Below, in pieces: positions 37,723 through 51,661 of a DNA stretch of 64,000 nt. The position numbers and the translations under genes were made by a program. The notes under the pieces are model-generated. The model had not been told where the DNA came from. It did not search any database and worked only from the letters and a program-made list of their open reading frames with translations. Position 1 is the stretch's first letter. Each line of letters starts with the position of its first letter. Source of the DNA: Octopus sinensis. Lineage: Eukaryota. The DNA lies in the NCBI RefSeq assembly GCF_006345805.1, contig NC_043020.1, forward strand, positions 13,330,001-13,394,000, read 5' to 3'.

Positions 37723-38007
37723 TTTTTGTACCAGGCTATCAGATGTTGCTACACATCGCTGGTCACAAGGCGCTTCGTATTGCTTTAGCCTTCAAATGAC
37801 GCCACCCCGCTGGCTAAGTGAGCAGGCCAACAGAAGAAAGAGTGAGAGAAAGTTGTGGCGAAAGAGTACAGCAGGGATTGCCACCACCCCCTGCAGGAGC
37901 CTCGTGGAGCTTTAGGTGTTTTCGCTCAATAAACACTCACAATGCCCGGTCTGGGAATCGAAACCGCAATCCCGCGACCGCGAGTCCACTGTCCTAACCA
38001 CTGAGCC
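37714..38007 (-). mobile_element. SINE family B, tail 2, poly(A) tail
   Basis: B head and core with distinct tail. Confidence 0.8.
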
Positions 38008-38168
38008 AATTTTGTATGGTGTTATCCATATAAATCCATGGGGTGGTTATAATTGTTGCTTATTTTGAATATATCACCCCCATGGATTTATATGGATAAC
38101 ACCATACAAAATTCTGGTGCATCTAACTTAAGTACCATATTCATTTGAATCTAAATTTTGCTGAACTT
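38008..38168. mobile_element. Fold-back MITE (38-bp inverted arms retained)
   Basis: 38008-38045 vs 38075-38113; right arm continues as reverse complement of 3171-3225. Confidence 0.75.
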
Positions 38169-38193
38169 ATATCTATATATATATATATATATA

Positions 38194-38589
38194 CTAGCAG
38201 CATAGCCCGGCGTTGCCCGGGTATGTAAGAGCCCCTAGTAGGCAACGACTAATCTCAATCTAGTTCTTTCCCTCTAGGGAACAAAGGCGCATGTGTAGGT
38301 TGCAATGTCTTCTCTTCACGCGAATACTTCTATGTATACGATGTTCCTAGCTGTCTCCCGACAGAAAATGTGTTGCATGTAAAAAGCTTAGATTCTCAAC
38401 CCCATGTCGAATCTATCGATTTTTTTCAGAACTGAGGGAACTTTTCAAAATTTTCGCTGCGTTAGTTTTGAATTATGACATTGGGCTATGTGTGTTTCAA
38501 GTTTCATCAGAATCGGTTGAAAGCCGTGGTCAGGGTGAGGGTACAACCTGACAGCCACACAGACAGACAAACTGCCGTTTATATATATA
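38194..38589 (-). mobile_element. Non-autonomous Helitron (3' end type 1, different interior)
   Basis: CTAG at 38194-38197, hairpin, shared 5' segment. Confidence 0.85.
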
Positions 38590-38971
38590 CTAGCAGTATC
38601 GCCCGGCGTTGCTCAGGTTTGTAAGGGAAATAACTATAAAGCATTTTTAGAGAGTTATAACCAAAAAATAGCAAAAAAATGGGAAAAAATGATGGTAATT
38701 TTTTTTTTTAGTTAAAAAGGTCGAGTTGCGTCCCCTAGACAGTCTGTGATTTGTGTTTCTGATTCTCGACCCCATGTCGAATTTATCAATTTTTTTCAGA
38801 ACTGGGGGAACTTTTCAAAATTTTCACTGCGTTAGTTTTGAATTATGACATTGGGCTATGTGTGTGTCAAGTTTCATCAGAATCGGTTGAAAGCCGTGGT
38901 CAGGGTGAGGGTACAACCTGACAGCCACACAGAAACACAGACAGACAAACTGCCGTTTATATAGAGAGAGA
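38590..38971 (-). mobile_element. Non-autonomous Helitron (3' end type 2), head-to-tail with the previous copy
   Basis: Near-identical to 17033-17409. Confidence 0.85.
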
Positions 38972-39229
38972 TATATACACACTCCCACATAGCACACTCT
39001 TTTGTCAGAATGTATAACTGACATCCACTTGTCCCTAATCTATTAATGGAAACATATTTAGAAATCTATTTTCTTTACCATTGATTAATTCCTCTGCTCT
39101 TGCACTTTTCGGAGAATCATTGTTTTGGGATTTTTTTTTTCTTCCTCGCAACAAACCAGATTCTGGAAAGAGCTTCAACCGAAATGTGTCTGTCATGTTT
39201 GATATCATTTCTCTGACGACAATGTTGAT

Positions 39230-39425
39230 TATTGCTTTTGTTATCATTATCATTATCATTATCTTTTATTATTGTTATTATCATCGACATCGCCATCATC
39301 ATCATTAGTATTACCATTATAAACATTATGTCTATTATTATTGCTATTATGGTTATCATTATTATTATTATTACTATCATTATTGTTATCATCATCATTA
39401 TCATCATTATAATTATAATAAATAA
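39230..39425. repeat. (ATT/ATC)n degenerate microsatellite
   Basis: Direct reading. Confidence 0.85.
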
Positions 39426-39769
39426 ACCAAACCAAAACACACAAATATTCCGTATCTGAAAGGAGGGCATCCAAATATCAATCAGCATTCTTTTGCCATT
39501 TTATTTATTTCTGTTTTTTTTTTAGATATATTTCATGTTTTTGTTTTTGTTCCTTTTATCATTATTGATGAATGGAAAATGTGTGTGTGTGTGTATGTGG
39601 TCGTGCATGTGTGTGCTTATGTGTTTATGTATGTATGTATGTGTGTGTTTCTCATACGTTCATCATAGTCTAATCTTCTGTGCATCTCTATTAATATGGA
39701 ATGACACTTCACATATTAATTTTAGAAAATGCCTCTTCCACAAATACGTTTGCTAAGCTTCTACACATA

Positions 39770-39935
39770 TACACATATGCCTGCCTGCATGCACACACAC
39801 ACACACACACACACATGTGCCTGCATGCATACACACATGTGCACACACACACACATGCCTGCATGCATACATGCATGTACACATACACATATGCCTGCCT
39901 GCATGCACAGACACACACACTCACACACACACACA

Positions 39936-39971
<36 letters not shown>

Positions 39972-40246
39972 TGTGCCTGCATGCATCCACACATGTGCAC
40001 ACACACACACATGCCTGCATGCATACATGCATGTACACATACACATATGCCTGCCTGCATGCACAGACACACACACTCACACACACACACGCTCACACAC
40101 ACACACACACACACACACTCACATGTGCCTGCATGCATCCACACATGTGCACACACACACACATGCCTGCATGCATACATGCATGTACACATACACATAT
40201 GCCTGCCTGCATGCACAGACACACACACTCTCACACACACACACAC

Positions 40247-40279
<33 letters not shown>

Positions 40280-41280
40280 TGTGCCTGCATGCATCCACAC
40301 ATGTGCACACACACACACATGCCTGCATGCATACATGCATGTACACATACACATATGCCTGCCTGCATGCCAGAGACACACACACTCACACACACACCAC
40401 ACTCACCACACACCACCACACAACACACACACACTCAATGTGCCTGCATGCATCCACACATGTGCACCACACACACACATGCCTGCATGCATACATGCAT
40501 GTACACATACACATATGCCTGCCTGCATGCACAGACACACACACTCACACACACACACACTCACACACACACACACACACACACTCACCTGTGCCTGCAT
40601 GCATCCACACACGTGCACGCATATACATGCCTGCATGCATACATGCATGTACACATACACACATGCCTGCATGCATACACTCATGCACATGCCTACATGC
40701 ATACAGACACACACATGCCTACATGCATACACACACGTGCTGACACACACACACTGCTTGCATACATACAGACATGCACCTTCATGCATTCAGACACACA
40801 ACATGCCTACATGCATACACACACACACACACACTCACATGTGCCTGCATGCATACACATACATGTCTGCATGCATACATGCACGTACACATACCTTCAT
40901 GCATACACACGTGCACATGCCTGCATGCATACAGACACACAAATGCCTACATGCATACACACACATGCACACATACACACACATGCATATACAGACTCAC
41001 ACATACTGACACACGCACACATACATACATGCACACATACACACACATGCATATACAGACTCACACATACGCACACATACATGTACACACAATTACACAT
41101 ACACACACATGCCTGCATCTGCATGGGCACACATACACACACATCTGCATGCAATCAGACAAATACACACGCACACACCTACAAGCACACATGCACACAA
41201 ACACACACCTGCATGCATACAGACACACACATACATGCATGTATACATACAAATATATTCACGAAAGGTTCTACACACAA
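39770..41280. repeat. CA-rich higher-order satellite (~115-bp unit, CACATGTGCCTGCATGCA core)
   Basis: Homogeneous units at the 5' end, degenerating toward the 3' end. Confidence 0.9.
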
Positions 41281-41286
41281 CATACA

Positions 41287-41453
41287 CAGGCGCAGGAGTG
41301 GCTGTGTGGTAAGTAGCTTGCTAACCAACCACATGGTTTCGGGTTCAGTCCCACTGCGTGGCATCTTGGGCAAGTGTCTTCTGCTATAGCCCTGGGCCGA
41401 CCAATGCCTTGTGAGTGGATTTGGTAGACGGAAACTGAAAGAAGCCTGTCGTA

Positions 41454-41494
<41 letters not shown>

Positions 41495-41698
41495 CTGTGT
41501 TTGTCCCCACCAACATCGCTTGACAACCGATGCTGGTGTGTTTACGTCCCCGTCACTTAGCAGTTCGGCAAAAGAGACCAATAGAATATGTACTGGGCTT
41601 ACAAAGAATAAGTCCCGGGGTCGATTTGCTCGACTAAAGGCGGTGCTCCAGCATGGCTGCAGTCAAATGACTGAAACAAGTAAAAGAGTAAAAGAGAG
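41287..41698 (+). mobile_element. SINE family A, full length
   Basis: Near-consensus copy. Confidence 0.92.
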
Positions 41699-42638
41699 TA
41701 TGTACCGCTTCCCCAGCACAGATATACAATCTCACATAAATTCACACATGCAGATATACACACCTACTTGGATTCATACAGACATACAATAATTGCATGT
41801 TTCAAGGAAAGACAAACAGACAGACAGACAGACAATTATTGTCAGATACACATTCTGAGGAACTGTGCTGTTTGGCAATTGACAATTCCTCGACATTAAG
41901 ACCATGAAGAAGTTTGGCAGTAAGACTTTAATCTCTAATTCTTCGACTCAGAAGTGAGTGGTGTAAGTTCGGTATTTGGGGAAGTTCTGGCAGGAAGTAA
42001 ATAGAGTTTTGTGCGAAAGCGAGGTTGTGTGAGGAGTGCTTGGCGTGTCTGGATGGGAGGAAAGGACTGGCGAATAATAACAGCCAGGGCATGTGTTTAT
42101 GAAGGACGACTGATGATATTAAAGTTTAATGCCATCAATCATCTGTCACAAACATGTTTACTTATTGAATTAAATTGTGCGAAAGTGAAAGTAGAGTTAG
42201 TTACATCACACTCACACACACCAAGATTTTCACTAAATGTCTCTTGTCAAAATCAGACTGGGTTTAGTGTTGTTTTTCCCAGATTTATTGATTAAATACT
42301 TTATCAACTTTCCAATCAATCAGTTATTATTGTTATTGGCAAACTGGCACTCTGTTCGCTGCTATGACGAGCGTTCCAGTTGATCAGATTGATGGAACAG
42401 TCTACTTGCAAAATGAAGATGCAAGTAGCTGAGCAACCCATAGACATGTGTACACCCAACCGAAGTTCTCTGGGAGATTCAGCAGGACACGGAATGTGAC
42501 AAGGCTGGCCCCTTTGAAATAAAGGTACAAATCATTTTTGCCAGTTGATAAGCCTAGAATATGAGATTAGCAGGGCTTCAATACGAAAGATGTTGAAATT
42601 AGCATCCGAAGCAAATATATATATGTTTTTTTTTTTTT

Positions 42639-42940
42639 CTACTTGTTTCAGTCATTTGACTGCGGCCATGCTGGAGCACCGCCTTTAATCGAGCAACTCG
42701 ACCCCGGGACTTATTCTTTTGTAAGCCCAGTTACTTATTCTATCGGTTCTCTTTGCCGAACCGCTAAGTAACGGGGGACATAAACACACCAGCATCGGTT
42801 GTCAAGCAATGCTAGGGGGACAAACACAGACACACAAACACACACACGCATATATTATATATATACATATATACGACGGGCTTCTTTCAGTTTCCATCTA
42901 TAAATCCACTCACAAGGCTTTGGTCGGCCTGAGGCTATCT

Positions 42941-42990
<50 letters not shown>

Positions 42991-43170
42991 ATATATATAT
43001 TACATATATACGACAGGCTTCTTTCAGTTTCCGTCTACCAAATCCACTCACAAGGCTTTGGTCGGCCCGAGGCTATAGTAGAAGACACTTGCCCAAGATG
43101 CCACACATGGGACTGAACCCGGAACCATGTGGTTGGTAAACCAAGCTACTTACCACACAGCCACTCCTGT
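42639..43170 (-). mobile_element. Family A SINE with internal duplication
   Basis: Core segment repeated across (TA)n. Confidence 0.8.
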
Positions 43171-43439
43171 AGGAACTTTTTAAAAAAAGTTATTATATAT
43201 ATATAAATAAATAATAAAACCATAAACTTTGTTTTCATTAGTTTTTCGTTATTTTTTCCTTCTGTTTTACATATGTCAGTCACATGTATATGTTGTATGT
43301 GGGCTTATATTTGTAGAAAATAGAAACAAGAGGTCTTTGACTGCTATTTCTAATTTTTCGGTATGTGGCTAAGCAACCTGTTGCTTGCCTTTTATTTATA
43401 TATATATATATTATTATATATATATTATATATATATATC

Positions 43440-43617
43440 ATCATCATCATCTAACGTCCGTTCTCCATGCTAGCATGGGTTGGACGGTTCGACGGGGATC
43501 TGGGAAGCCAGAAGGCTGCACCAGGCTCCAGTCTTATCTGGCAATGTTTCTACAGCTGGATGCCCTTCCTAACGCCAACCACTCCGTGAGTGTAGTGGGT
43601 GCTTTTTACATGCCACC

Positions 43618-43618
<1 letters not shown>
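43440..43618 (-). mobile_element. RTE 3' tail (D)
   Basis: Reverse complement of D with (CAT)n. Confidence 0.8.
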
Positions 43619-43683
<65 letters not shown>

Positions 43684-44696
43684 ATATATATATATTTCAA
43701 GAAAGTTAAAGGTTGTGAATCCAACCAACTAAGGGATAACATGAGGTATATTTGCCTCTTGGCTGAAACAGCTGGAAGGTATTTTCCCAATTTATATTCC
43801 TGTATGTTATATTTCAATAATTACTGGTATCCTTATATATTAATATATTTTATATGTAAAGCATAATATGTTATACATGTATATATATCCTTATAATTGT
43901 CATTTTAGTAAATAAATAAATAAGTTGACGTAATATAATGTCTAAAAGTTGATGAACCACCTATTGATCCCCTCCATTTTCTTATTGCTCTCTCTCTATA
44001 TATATATATATATGTTATATATATTTATGACCCCACTCATAAGGCTTTGGTCATCCCGAGGCTATAGTAGAAGACACTTGCCCAAGGTGCCACGCAGTAG
44101 GACTGAACCTAGAACCATGTGGTTGGTAAGCAAGCTACTTACCACAGCCACTCCTAATATTTTACAATATTGTACAATATCATACAATAGTGTATATTCT
44201 ATGATACCACATGTTATATGACATCGATTTCAAATTTTGGTATAGGGCCAGCGATTTCTGGGGAGGGAGTAATAGATTACATCAACGCCCCACCCCCAGT
44301 ACTCAACTGGTACTTATCTTATCAACCCTGAAAAGGTGAAAGGTTAAGTCAACCTCAGTGGGATCCACACATTAAATAATATTGTGTATTTGTGTAATAC
44401 CATATATGGCATATAAAGCAAGTAATAACAGGGCCCAGCTGGAGCTCTTGTAAGTGCTACTATTCCAGTCAGTAGGGTACAAAGTTTTTTTCCCCACTTC
44501 TTTATTCCACCCGAGGCTGAAAAAGCATACAGGGGTTACACTTTACCGAGGGGTAGCCAGGAGGCAGCTCTCGACAGCTTTATTCACCCGTATTGGACCC
44601 CTTCAGAACATGGTTTGGTCCAGGGTCCAGTTCACACAGAAGAAGGGAGAGGTGGAGGTGGGAGGCAAGTAGTAAGAGTTAAGACTAAGTCATAGT

Positions 44697-44922
44697 TTCT
44701 TTATTGCCCACAAGGGGCTAAACATAGAGGGGACAGACAAGGACAGACAAAGGGATTAAGTCGATTACATCGACCCCAGTGCGGAACTGGTACTTTATTT
44801 ATCGACCTCGAAAGGATGAAAGGCAAAGTCGACCTCGGCGGAATTTGAACTCGGAACGTAACGACAGACGAAATACAGCTACGCATTTCGCCCGGCGTGC
44901 TAACGTTTCTGCCAGCTCGCCG
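44697..44922 (-). mobile_element. SINE C1
   Basis: Matches C1 consensus. Confidence 0.85.
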
Positions 44923-45614
44923 GGGATAAAGCAAAGATACTAAGCAGAGAAGTAGGAGATGAAGTTATTAACTCTTTACGTTTAGAGGAAGTGTGAGCGA
45001 GAGAGAAGGGGGGGAGGGAGAGGGGGGGATTTTCCTCTTCTGGCTGATTACTCTCAGATTTATTATGGCTGCTGCTACTGACTGGATGTAACGGGTGGGG
45101 GTGGGGTGGGGGGGGGCGGATGAAGTAGGAAAGATGCGGTCGCTGCAAAAAGGATGATTTACGTTTATTTCTGAGAAACCGTTAGTCTGTAATGAAACGG
45201 ATATGAAGTGCCATATGGAAGCGATCAAGTCAATAGCTTGAGGAGAAAAAGGTTGTTAAAAGGAATCAATTTTAGCAACCAGTCTCCTGGCTACCTTTAC
45301 ATCGACTTTACATCAGCAAACATTACAGCAAGACGACAGGGGTTTTTGTGTTAGAGAGAAGAAATACATTTGCAGTTTATTTCGTTCTTTTATCAGGCAT
45401 AAATGTAACTCCACTACACAAAGTTGTACCTTGTTTCCGAGGAGATACACAGTTACATTATCTGAGGAATCCCTAAATTAACCATATACAGTACCTTACT
45501 GTACAATATGCTTCCCTCACTGGTCTTTTAGGCTATGTAAGACCATTCATTGCCAACCAAAACTATTTGGTTAGTATGTTATCTTTGTGTTTTAAGATAT
45601 CTTTTGGACATTGC

Positions 45615-45812
45615 CAGCCTCGTCTGGCACCTGTGCCGGGGGCACATAAAAAGCACCCACTACACTCACGGAGTGGTTGGCGTTAGGAAAGGCATCCAGC
45701 TGTAGAAACGCTGCCAGATCAGACTGGGCATGGTGCAGCCTAATGGCTTCCCAGACCCCAGTTGAACTGTCCAACCAATGCTAGCATGGAAAATGGACAT
45801 TAAACGATGATG
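45615..45812 (+). mobile_element. RTE 3' tail (D)
   Basis: Matches D. Confidence 0.8.
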
Positions 45813-45830
45813 TATATCTTATTTATGTGC

Positions 45831-46080
45831 CCTTTTAAAGCCTAGCCAGGCTCATGGGCCCGATTTCCCAGTTTCTATGGTGTATGTGTTGCCCCCCAGC
45901 TGGACAGGACACCAGGCCATCACAGCGTTACTCAAAAAGTAGGAAGAAAGAGTGAGAGAAAGTTGGGGCGAAATAGTACAACAGGGGTCACCACCACCCC
46001 CTACCAGAGCATCATGGAGCTTTAGGTGTTTTTGCTCAATAAACACACACAATGCCCGATCTGGGAATCGAAACCGGGAT
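45831..46080 (-). mobile_element. SINE family B, tail 4
   Basis: B core with tail CCCTTTTAAAGCCTAGCCAGGC. Confidence 0.7.
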
Positions 46081-46124
46081 CCTCCGATCCTTAGTGGTTC
46101 GGCAAAAGAGACCGATAGAATAAA

Positions 46125-46400
46125 GACTCCGCCGGTTACGACGACGAGGGTCCCAGCTGATACGATCAACGGAACAGCTTGCTCGTGAAATTAACGTGCA
46201 AATGGCTGAGCATTCCACAGACACGTGTACCCTTAACGTAGTTCTCGGGGATAATCAGCGTGACACAGAGAGTGACAAGGCTGACCCTTTGAAATACAAG
46301 TACAACTCATTTTTGCCAGCTGAGTGGACTGGAGCAACGTGAAATAAAGTGTCTTGCTCAAGGACACAACGCGTCGCCGGGAATCGAACTCACAACCTTA
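46125..46400 (-). mobile_element. SINE with E core and B tail 1, inserted in an A tail fragment
   Basis: B1 tail joined to CAGCTGAGTGGACTGGAGCAACGTGAAATAAAGTGTCTTGCTCAAG. Confidence 0.75.
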
Positions 46401-47476
46401 GACCGATAGAATAAGTCCTGGGGTCGATTTGCTCGACTAAAGGCGGTGCTCCAGCATGGCCACGGTCAAATGACTGAAACAAGTAAAAGAGTAATGGGAT
46501 CAACATCATTTTTTTGTTAGTATGTATTCCACAGAGGCATGAACAGCACAGATTCACTTAGTGTACTGATACACTTTGCAAAGACATGGACATCACATTT
46601 TACCGTACCTCTCCTTCCATAATTCTAAACTTTCAAAATCCATTGGAGTTGAATTCAAAAACTCAAAAGAAATCTGAGATTGCTTCTTGATCAGACGGAC
46701 CAATGGAAACAAGTCACATGACAGAATCAAGTTACCAATTGAAATAATGGCTTGGCTTCAATTATTTTTTACCAATTTACAAATCCGCATAAAGAATTTC
46801 TTGATAGAAATCACTTTCCTATCTCAGACAACATTCTTCTTATTCACCCATTTCCCTCTCCTCTCTTATATTTTATACATTTTACCAAAATATTCTTCTG
46901 CACAGCCAGTTTCGGAGCTTATTTTCTTTTATAATCTTCAATTATTCCTATAGGCAACACAATATTATCTATAAACCTGCTGGATATAGAAGCAGTCTTT
47001 TCCTATTCATTTTCTTCACTAGATTTCTAATTCTTACACAAATTCTTCTTTTAAGATTTCAGAAAACAATTTCATATTTCTTGCGGCAATTTAACTTTCA
47101 TTTTTTTTTTTTTCTTTTTCTTTCACATTATCAAAGAAAAAGAAAGAAAAAAACTTTTACCTATCCATTTTCTGCCCCCCTCTCCTTATATAACTTGTTA
47201 AACAAGTTGTGAGGTTTTCTCCAGATTCTCTTCTATGACATGCTTCCACTGATCCAACTAATTTTCAATAAACATTCACCAATTTCTTTAGACCAGGCGA
47301 AAAAAAAAAACAACTAATTTCTTAGAAAATTGTTAAGTGAACTGAAAAACATTTAACAATACCACCACCACCAACAGCAACAACAAAAGGTGTGCTTTGT
47401 GGCTCTTATGTGAAGAATTATCAACAAGATTCTAAGAGAAAGCAGAATGAAAGAGATCACCTTGGAATATATACGT

Positions 47477-48037
47477 ATTTCTTTGCTACCCACAAGGGGC
47501 TAAACACAGAGGGGACAGACAAACGGATTAAGTCGATTACATCAACCCCAGTGCGTAACTGGTACTTAATTTATCGACCCCGAAAGGATGAGAGGCAAAG
47601 TCGACCTCGGCGGAATTTGAACTCGGAATGTAGCGGCAGACGAAATACCTATTTCTTTATTACCCACAAGGGGTTAAACATAGAGGGGACAAATGGATTA
47701 AGTCGATCACATTGACCCGAGTGCATAACTGGTACTTAATTTATCGACCCCGAAAGGATGAAAGGCAAAGTTGACCTCGGCGGAATTTGAACTCCGAACA
47801 TAGCGGCAGACGAAATACCTATTTATTACCCACAAGGGGCTAAACATAGAGGGGACAAACAAGAACAGACAAACGGATTAAGGTGATTACATCGACCATC
47901 AGTGCGTAACTGGTACTTAATTTATCGACCTCAAAAGGAGGAAAGGCAAAGTCGACCTCGGCGGAATTTGAACTCCGAACGTAGCGGCAGACGAAATACC
48001 GCTAAGTATTTCGCCCAGCGTGCTAACGTTTCTGCCG
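47477..48037 (-). mobile_element. SINE C1 trimer
   Basis: Junctions at 47649/50 and 47819/20. Confidence 0.88.
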
Positions 48038-48349
48038 GTGTACCAAAAGACACTGATGGGTTTCAATTTTTAATAACTTGGTTAACTTTACAAATAAATG
48101 CATGAAACACTTGCCCAAGGTGCCATGCAGTAGGAATGAACCCAGAACCATGTGACTGGTAAGCAAGCTACTTACCACACAGCCACTCCTGCGCTTATAT
48201 ATTCTATGCTGTATTTCCCTGAGAACTAAAATAAAGGTACTCATATTTGTGGAGTGCTCAGCCACTTGCACATTAATTTCATGAGCAGACTGTTCTGTTG
48301 ATCAGATCAACTGCCACATTAATTGTTATAACCAATAGAGTGCCACGTA

Positions 48350-48550
48350 GCGCCGCCTTGACTGGTTTCTGTGCTGGTGGCACATAAAATGCACCAACCA
48401 ATCATGGCCGGTGTTAGGAAGGGCATCCTGCCATAGAAACATTGCCAGATCAAACTGGGCCTGGTGCAGCCTTCTGGCTTCCCAGACCCCAGTTGAACCG
48501 TCCAACCCATGCTAGCATGGAAAGCAGACGCTAAACGATGATGATGATGA
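48350..48550 (+). mobile_element. RTE 3' tail (D)
   Basis: Matches D. Confidence 0.8.
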
Positions 48551-48919
48551 TAATATTATTATTGATAATGATGCTTTATTTTTGAGATTTCCTGCAACGG
48601 AGTGTTGCGTTGTGATCTAACTGTCATTGTAGCGTCTCTTCTTCCTAAGTCAATAACTAAAAATTGCCAGTTAAACAGTGGAATCTGTGTGTAAACCGAT
48701 CCGTTCATAAAAGCCTGCTCTTACATTAAGTGTTACACACTCCGTTGAAGGGTGACAATGGCTGATGATGTATCGTATTGTAACCTATCGTATTGCAGTA
48801 TCGGGCTTCTTCGTGTAAGGAACGGTTACTTCATGTTTAAGCTATCAACATCTCACAGGACTTTGAAATAATTACTCCACTTTGATGGTTTTCCCATATT
48901 TATTATTATTGATGTTGTT

Positions 48920-49140
48920 ATTATGGTGGTGGTGGTGGTGATGGTGGCGGTGGCGGCTCCGGTGGTGGTGGTGGTGGTGGTGGTGATGGCGGTGGTGGTG
49001 ATGTTGGTGGTGGTGGTGGTGGTGGTGGCGGTGGTGTTGGTGGTGGTGATGTTGGTGGTGTCAGTGGTGTTGGTGGTTTTGGTGGTGGTGGTGGTGGTGG
49101 TTTCGCTCTCTGCCGTCTTCTCCCCTCCACCACCACCAAC
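48920..49140. repeat. (GGT)n degenerate microsatellite
   Basis: Direct reading. Confidence 0.9.
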
Positions 49141-49766
49141 AACACTCCTCATATTGACTTCTTTTGATTTGGAAACGCTCTGCAGATTCTGGTCACCGGA
49201 CACATTAAGGCCAGCTGGAGCCATGCTGAATATTTCTGCCATGTGGCGATTGGTCTTATGGGCAGAAGCAAAGTCAACCTCGGCGGAATTTGAATTCCGC
49301 CAAGGTTGACTTTTCGGGGTCGATTAAATAAGAACCAGTTACGCACTGGGATCAATATAATCGACTTAATCCCCTTGTCTGTGCTTGTTTGTCCTCTCTG
49401 TGTTTAGCCACTTGTGGGTTATAAAGAAATAGGTAGTGTTGTCTGTTCGTCTTTGGTGATGGTAATCAGAGACCAGCAAGATAAGACTTCATTAAATTTC
49501 TGGTCATTTGGTTGAGCAGAACCTATAGTGAAAGACATTCCAACCATGACCATCTCATCTTTTATTTGGACATAGTATATCTTGGACTCTGTTGTTCAGT
49601 AAGTCATTTCTTATTTAAGGTGTGATATGGCAAAGACTTGGCTGTTATTTCTAACAATTTGAGTGACTCCTTTGAGGTTCCTTTCATGAATTGATTTTTT
49701 TATGATGGTTGTTCTTGTGAATAATGGTGAAGAAATATGGTAAATATGTCTATATATATATATATA

Positions 49767-49979
49767 CTCTTTTACTTGTTTCAGTCATTTGACTGCGGCC
49801 ATGCTGGAGCACCGCCTTTAGTCGAGCAAATCAACCCCGGGACTTATTCTTTGTAAGCCCAGTACTTATTCTATCGGTCACTTTTGCCGAACCGCTAAGT
49901 GACGGGGACATAAACACACCAGCATCAGTTGTCAAGCAATGCTAGGGGGACAAACATAGACACACAAACACACACACAC

Positions 49980-50018
<39 letters not shown>

Positions 50019-50174
50019 TACAACAGGCTTCTTTCAGTTTCCGTCTACCAAATCCACTCACAAGGCTTTGGTTGGCCCGAGGCTACAGTAGAAGACACTT
50101 GCCCAAGGTGCCACGCAGTGGGACTGAACCCGGAACCATGTGGTTGGTTAGCAAGCTACTTACCACACAGCCAC
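49767..50174 (-). mobile_element. SINE family A
   Basis: Near full-length match. Confidence 0.9.
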
Positions 50175-50603
50175 GAATTAGTTGTGAATTCCTTCCGGTC
50201 TTACCTTTGTTGTTAGAGATGACTTGACATGTTCACCTTCATCACCCGCTGCAGCACAATCGCCTCCCCCACCCCGTCCCTAATACCACCACCATCCCCC
50301 CCCCGTAACCCTAGCCCACGCCCCACCCCCACTGCCTGGGTTGTTTTACATGTTTCGTCAAGTCAGGCTGACATGAGACCCAGAAAGAAGCCAGAAGATT
50401 TGTAAGGTTCAGGAATTCAGCTTGTTCCATTTAGGTCATTCTGTTCATAGAATACGTGTGTGTGTGTGTGTGTTTGTTTGTGTCTATATGTATGTGTCTA
50501 TATGTATGTGTGTGTATGTGTCTGTGTTTGTGTCTATATGTATGTATGTGTGGTGTGTGTGTGTGTGTCTGTGTTTGTGTCTATATGTATGTGTCTATAT
50601 GTA

Positions 50604-50635
<32 letters not shown>

Positions 50636-50659
50636 CGTTCATAGATGCTTATGTGCAAA

Positions 50660-51030
50660 TGCAGGTATGGTTGTGTGGTAAGAAGTTTGTTTACCAACCA
50701 CATGATTCTGGGTTCAAGTCCCAATGCATGGCACCTTCGGCAAGTGTCTTCTACTATAGCCTCGGGCCGACCAAAGCCTTGTGAGTGGATTTGGTAGATG
50801 GAAACTGAAAGAAGCCCGTCGTATATATGTATATTTATTTGTATGTGTGTATATATGTTTGTGTGTCTGTGTTTGTCACCCCAACATCGCTTGACAACCG
50901 ATGCTAATTTTTTATATGTATATATATGGGCCTGGTGCAGCCTTCTGGCTTCCCAGACCCCAGTTGAACCGTCCAACCCATGCTAGCATGGAAAGCGGAC
51001 GCTAAACGATGATGATGATGATGATGATGT
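50660..51030 (+). mobile_element. Partial family A SINE followed by partial D tail
   Basis: Similarity to consensus. Confidence 0.75.
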
Positions 51031-51661
51031 AGATATGCATATGTATGCATTGTCTAATTTAAAGCAGATGGCCCGGTCATTAAATCATAATTCATTAATC
51101 ATTAGTCCATTTTAGTCAAGGAACTATTTTTACCATTCTCAGGTGGAGGATTATGTAAGCTTAGATACGCAATGCATGGGAAATAAACAAAACCCCTCAC
51201 CAAACAACCATTATGAAGGTGCTCATTGTTGCAATACTTTTGATCATAAAGCAGCTTGATGAGGACCAACCTAGGGCTAAATAGCATTGCTGATTATTGA
51301 TGCTGAGTGGGATAATCGCTCGCTCAAAATAATTAAGTGGACACAAATAAGAGAAGCTCTATTTCTCTCTTCTTTGATAATAATTAGGTTAACGACAGCT
51401 GAAGACGGATAGTCCTTGTCTGATAATAATTAGGTTAGCAACATCTGGAGAAGGTCTGTCCTTGTCCTTCGTTGATAGAAACCTTAACAAGAGAAACAAA
51501 AAGAAAACAACTACAAACTCTGTCTGCAAATAAATCTTGGAGTTTCTGAAATATTACTTGTGCTAATCTGGTCATCTTCAGAAACGTGAAGGACAAACGT
51601 CACTTCCTTTCAGTAAGAAGAACATGAATAATATATATATATATATATATATTTTTTTTTT

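Noticed and set aside
39701-41389. 562-aa and 426-aa His/Thr ORFs
   Set aside because: (CA)-satellite translations
48762-48850. CTGATGA as a C/D-box snoRNA or hammerhead
   Set aside because: No matching D box with terminal stem and no GAAA partner
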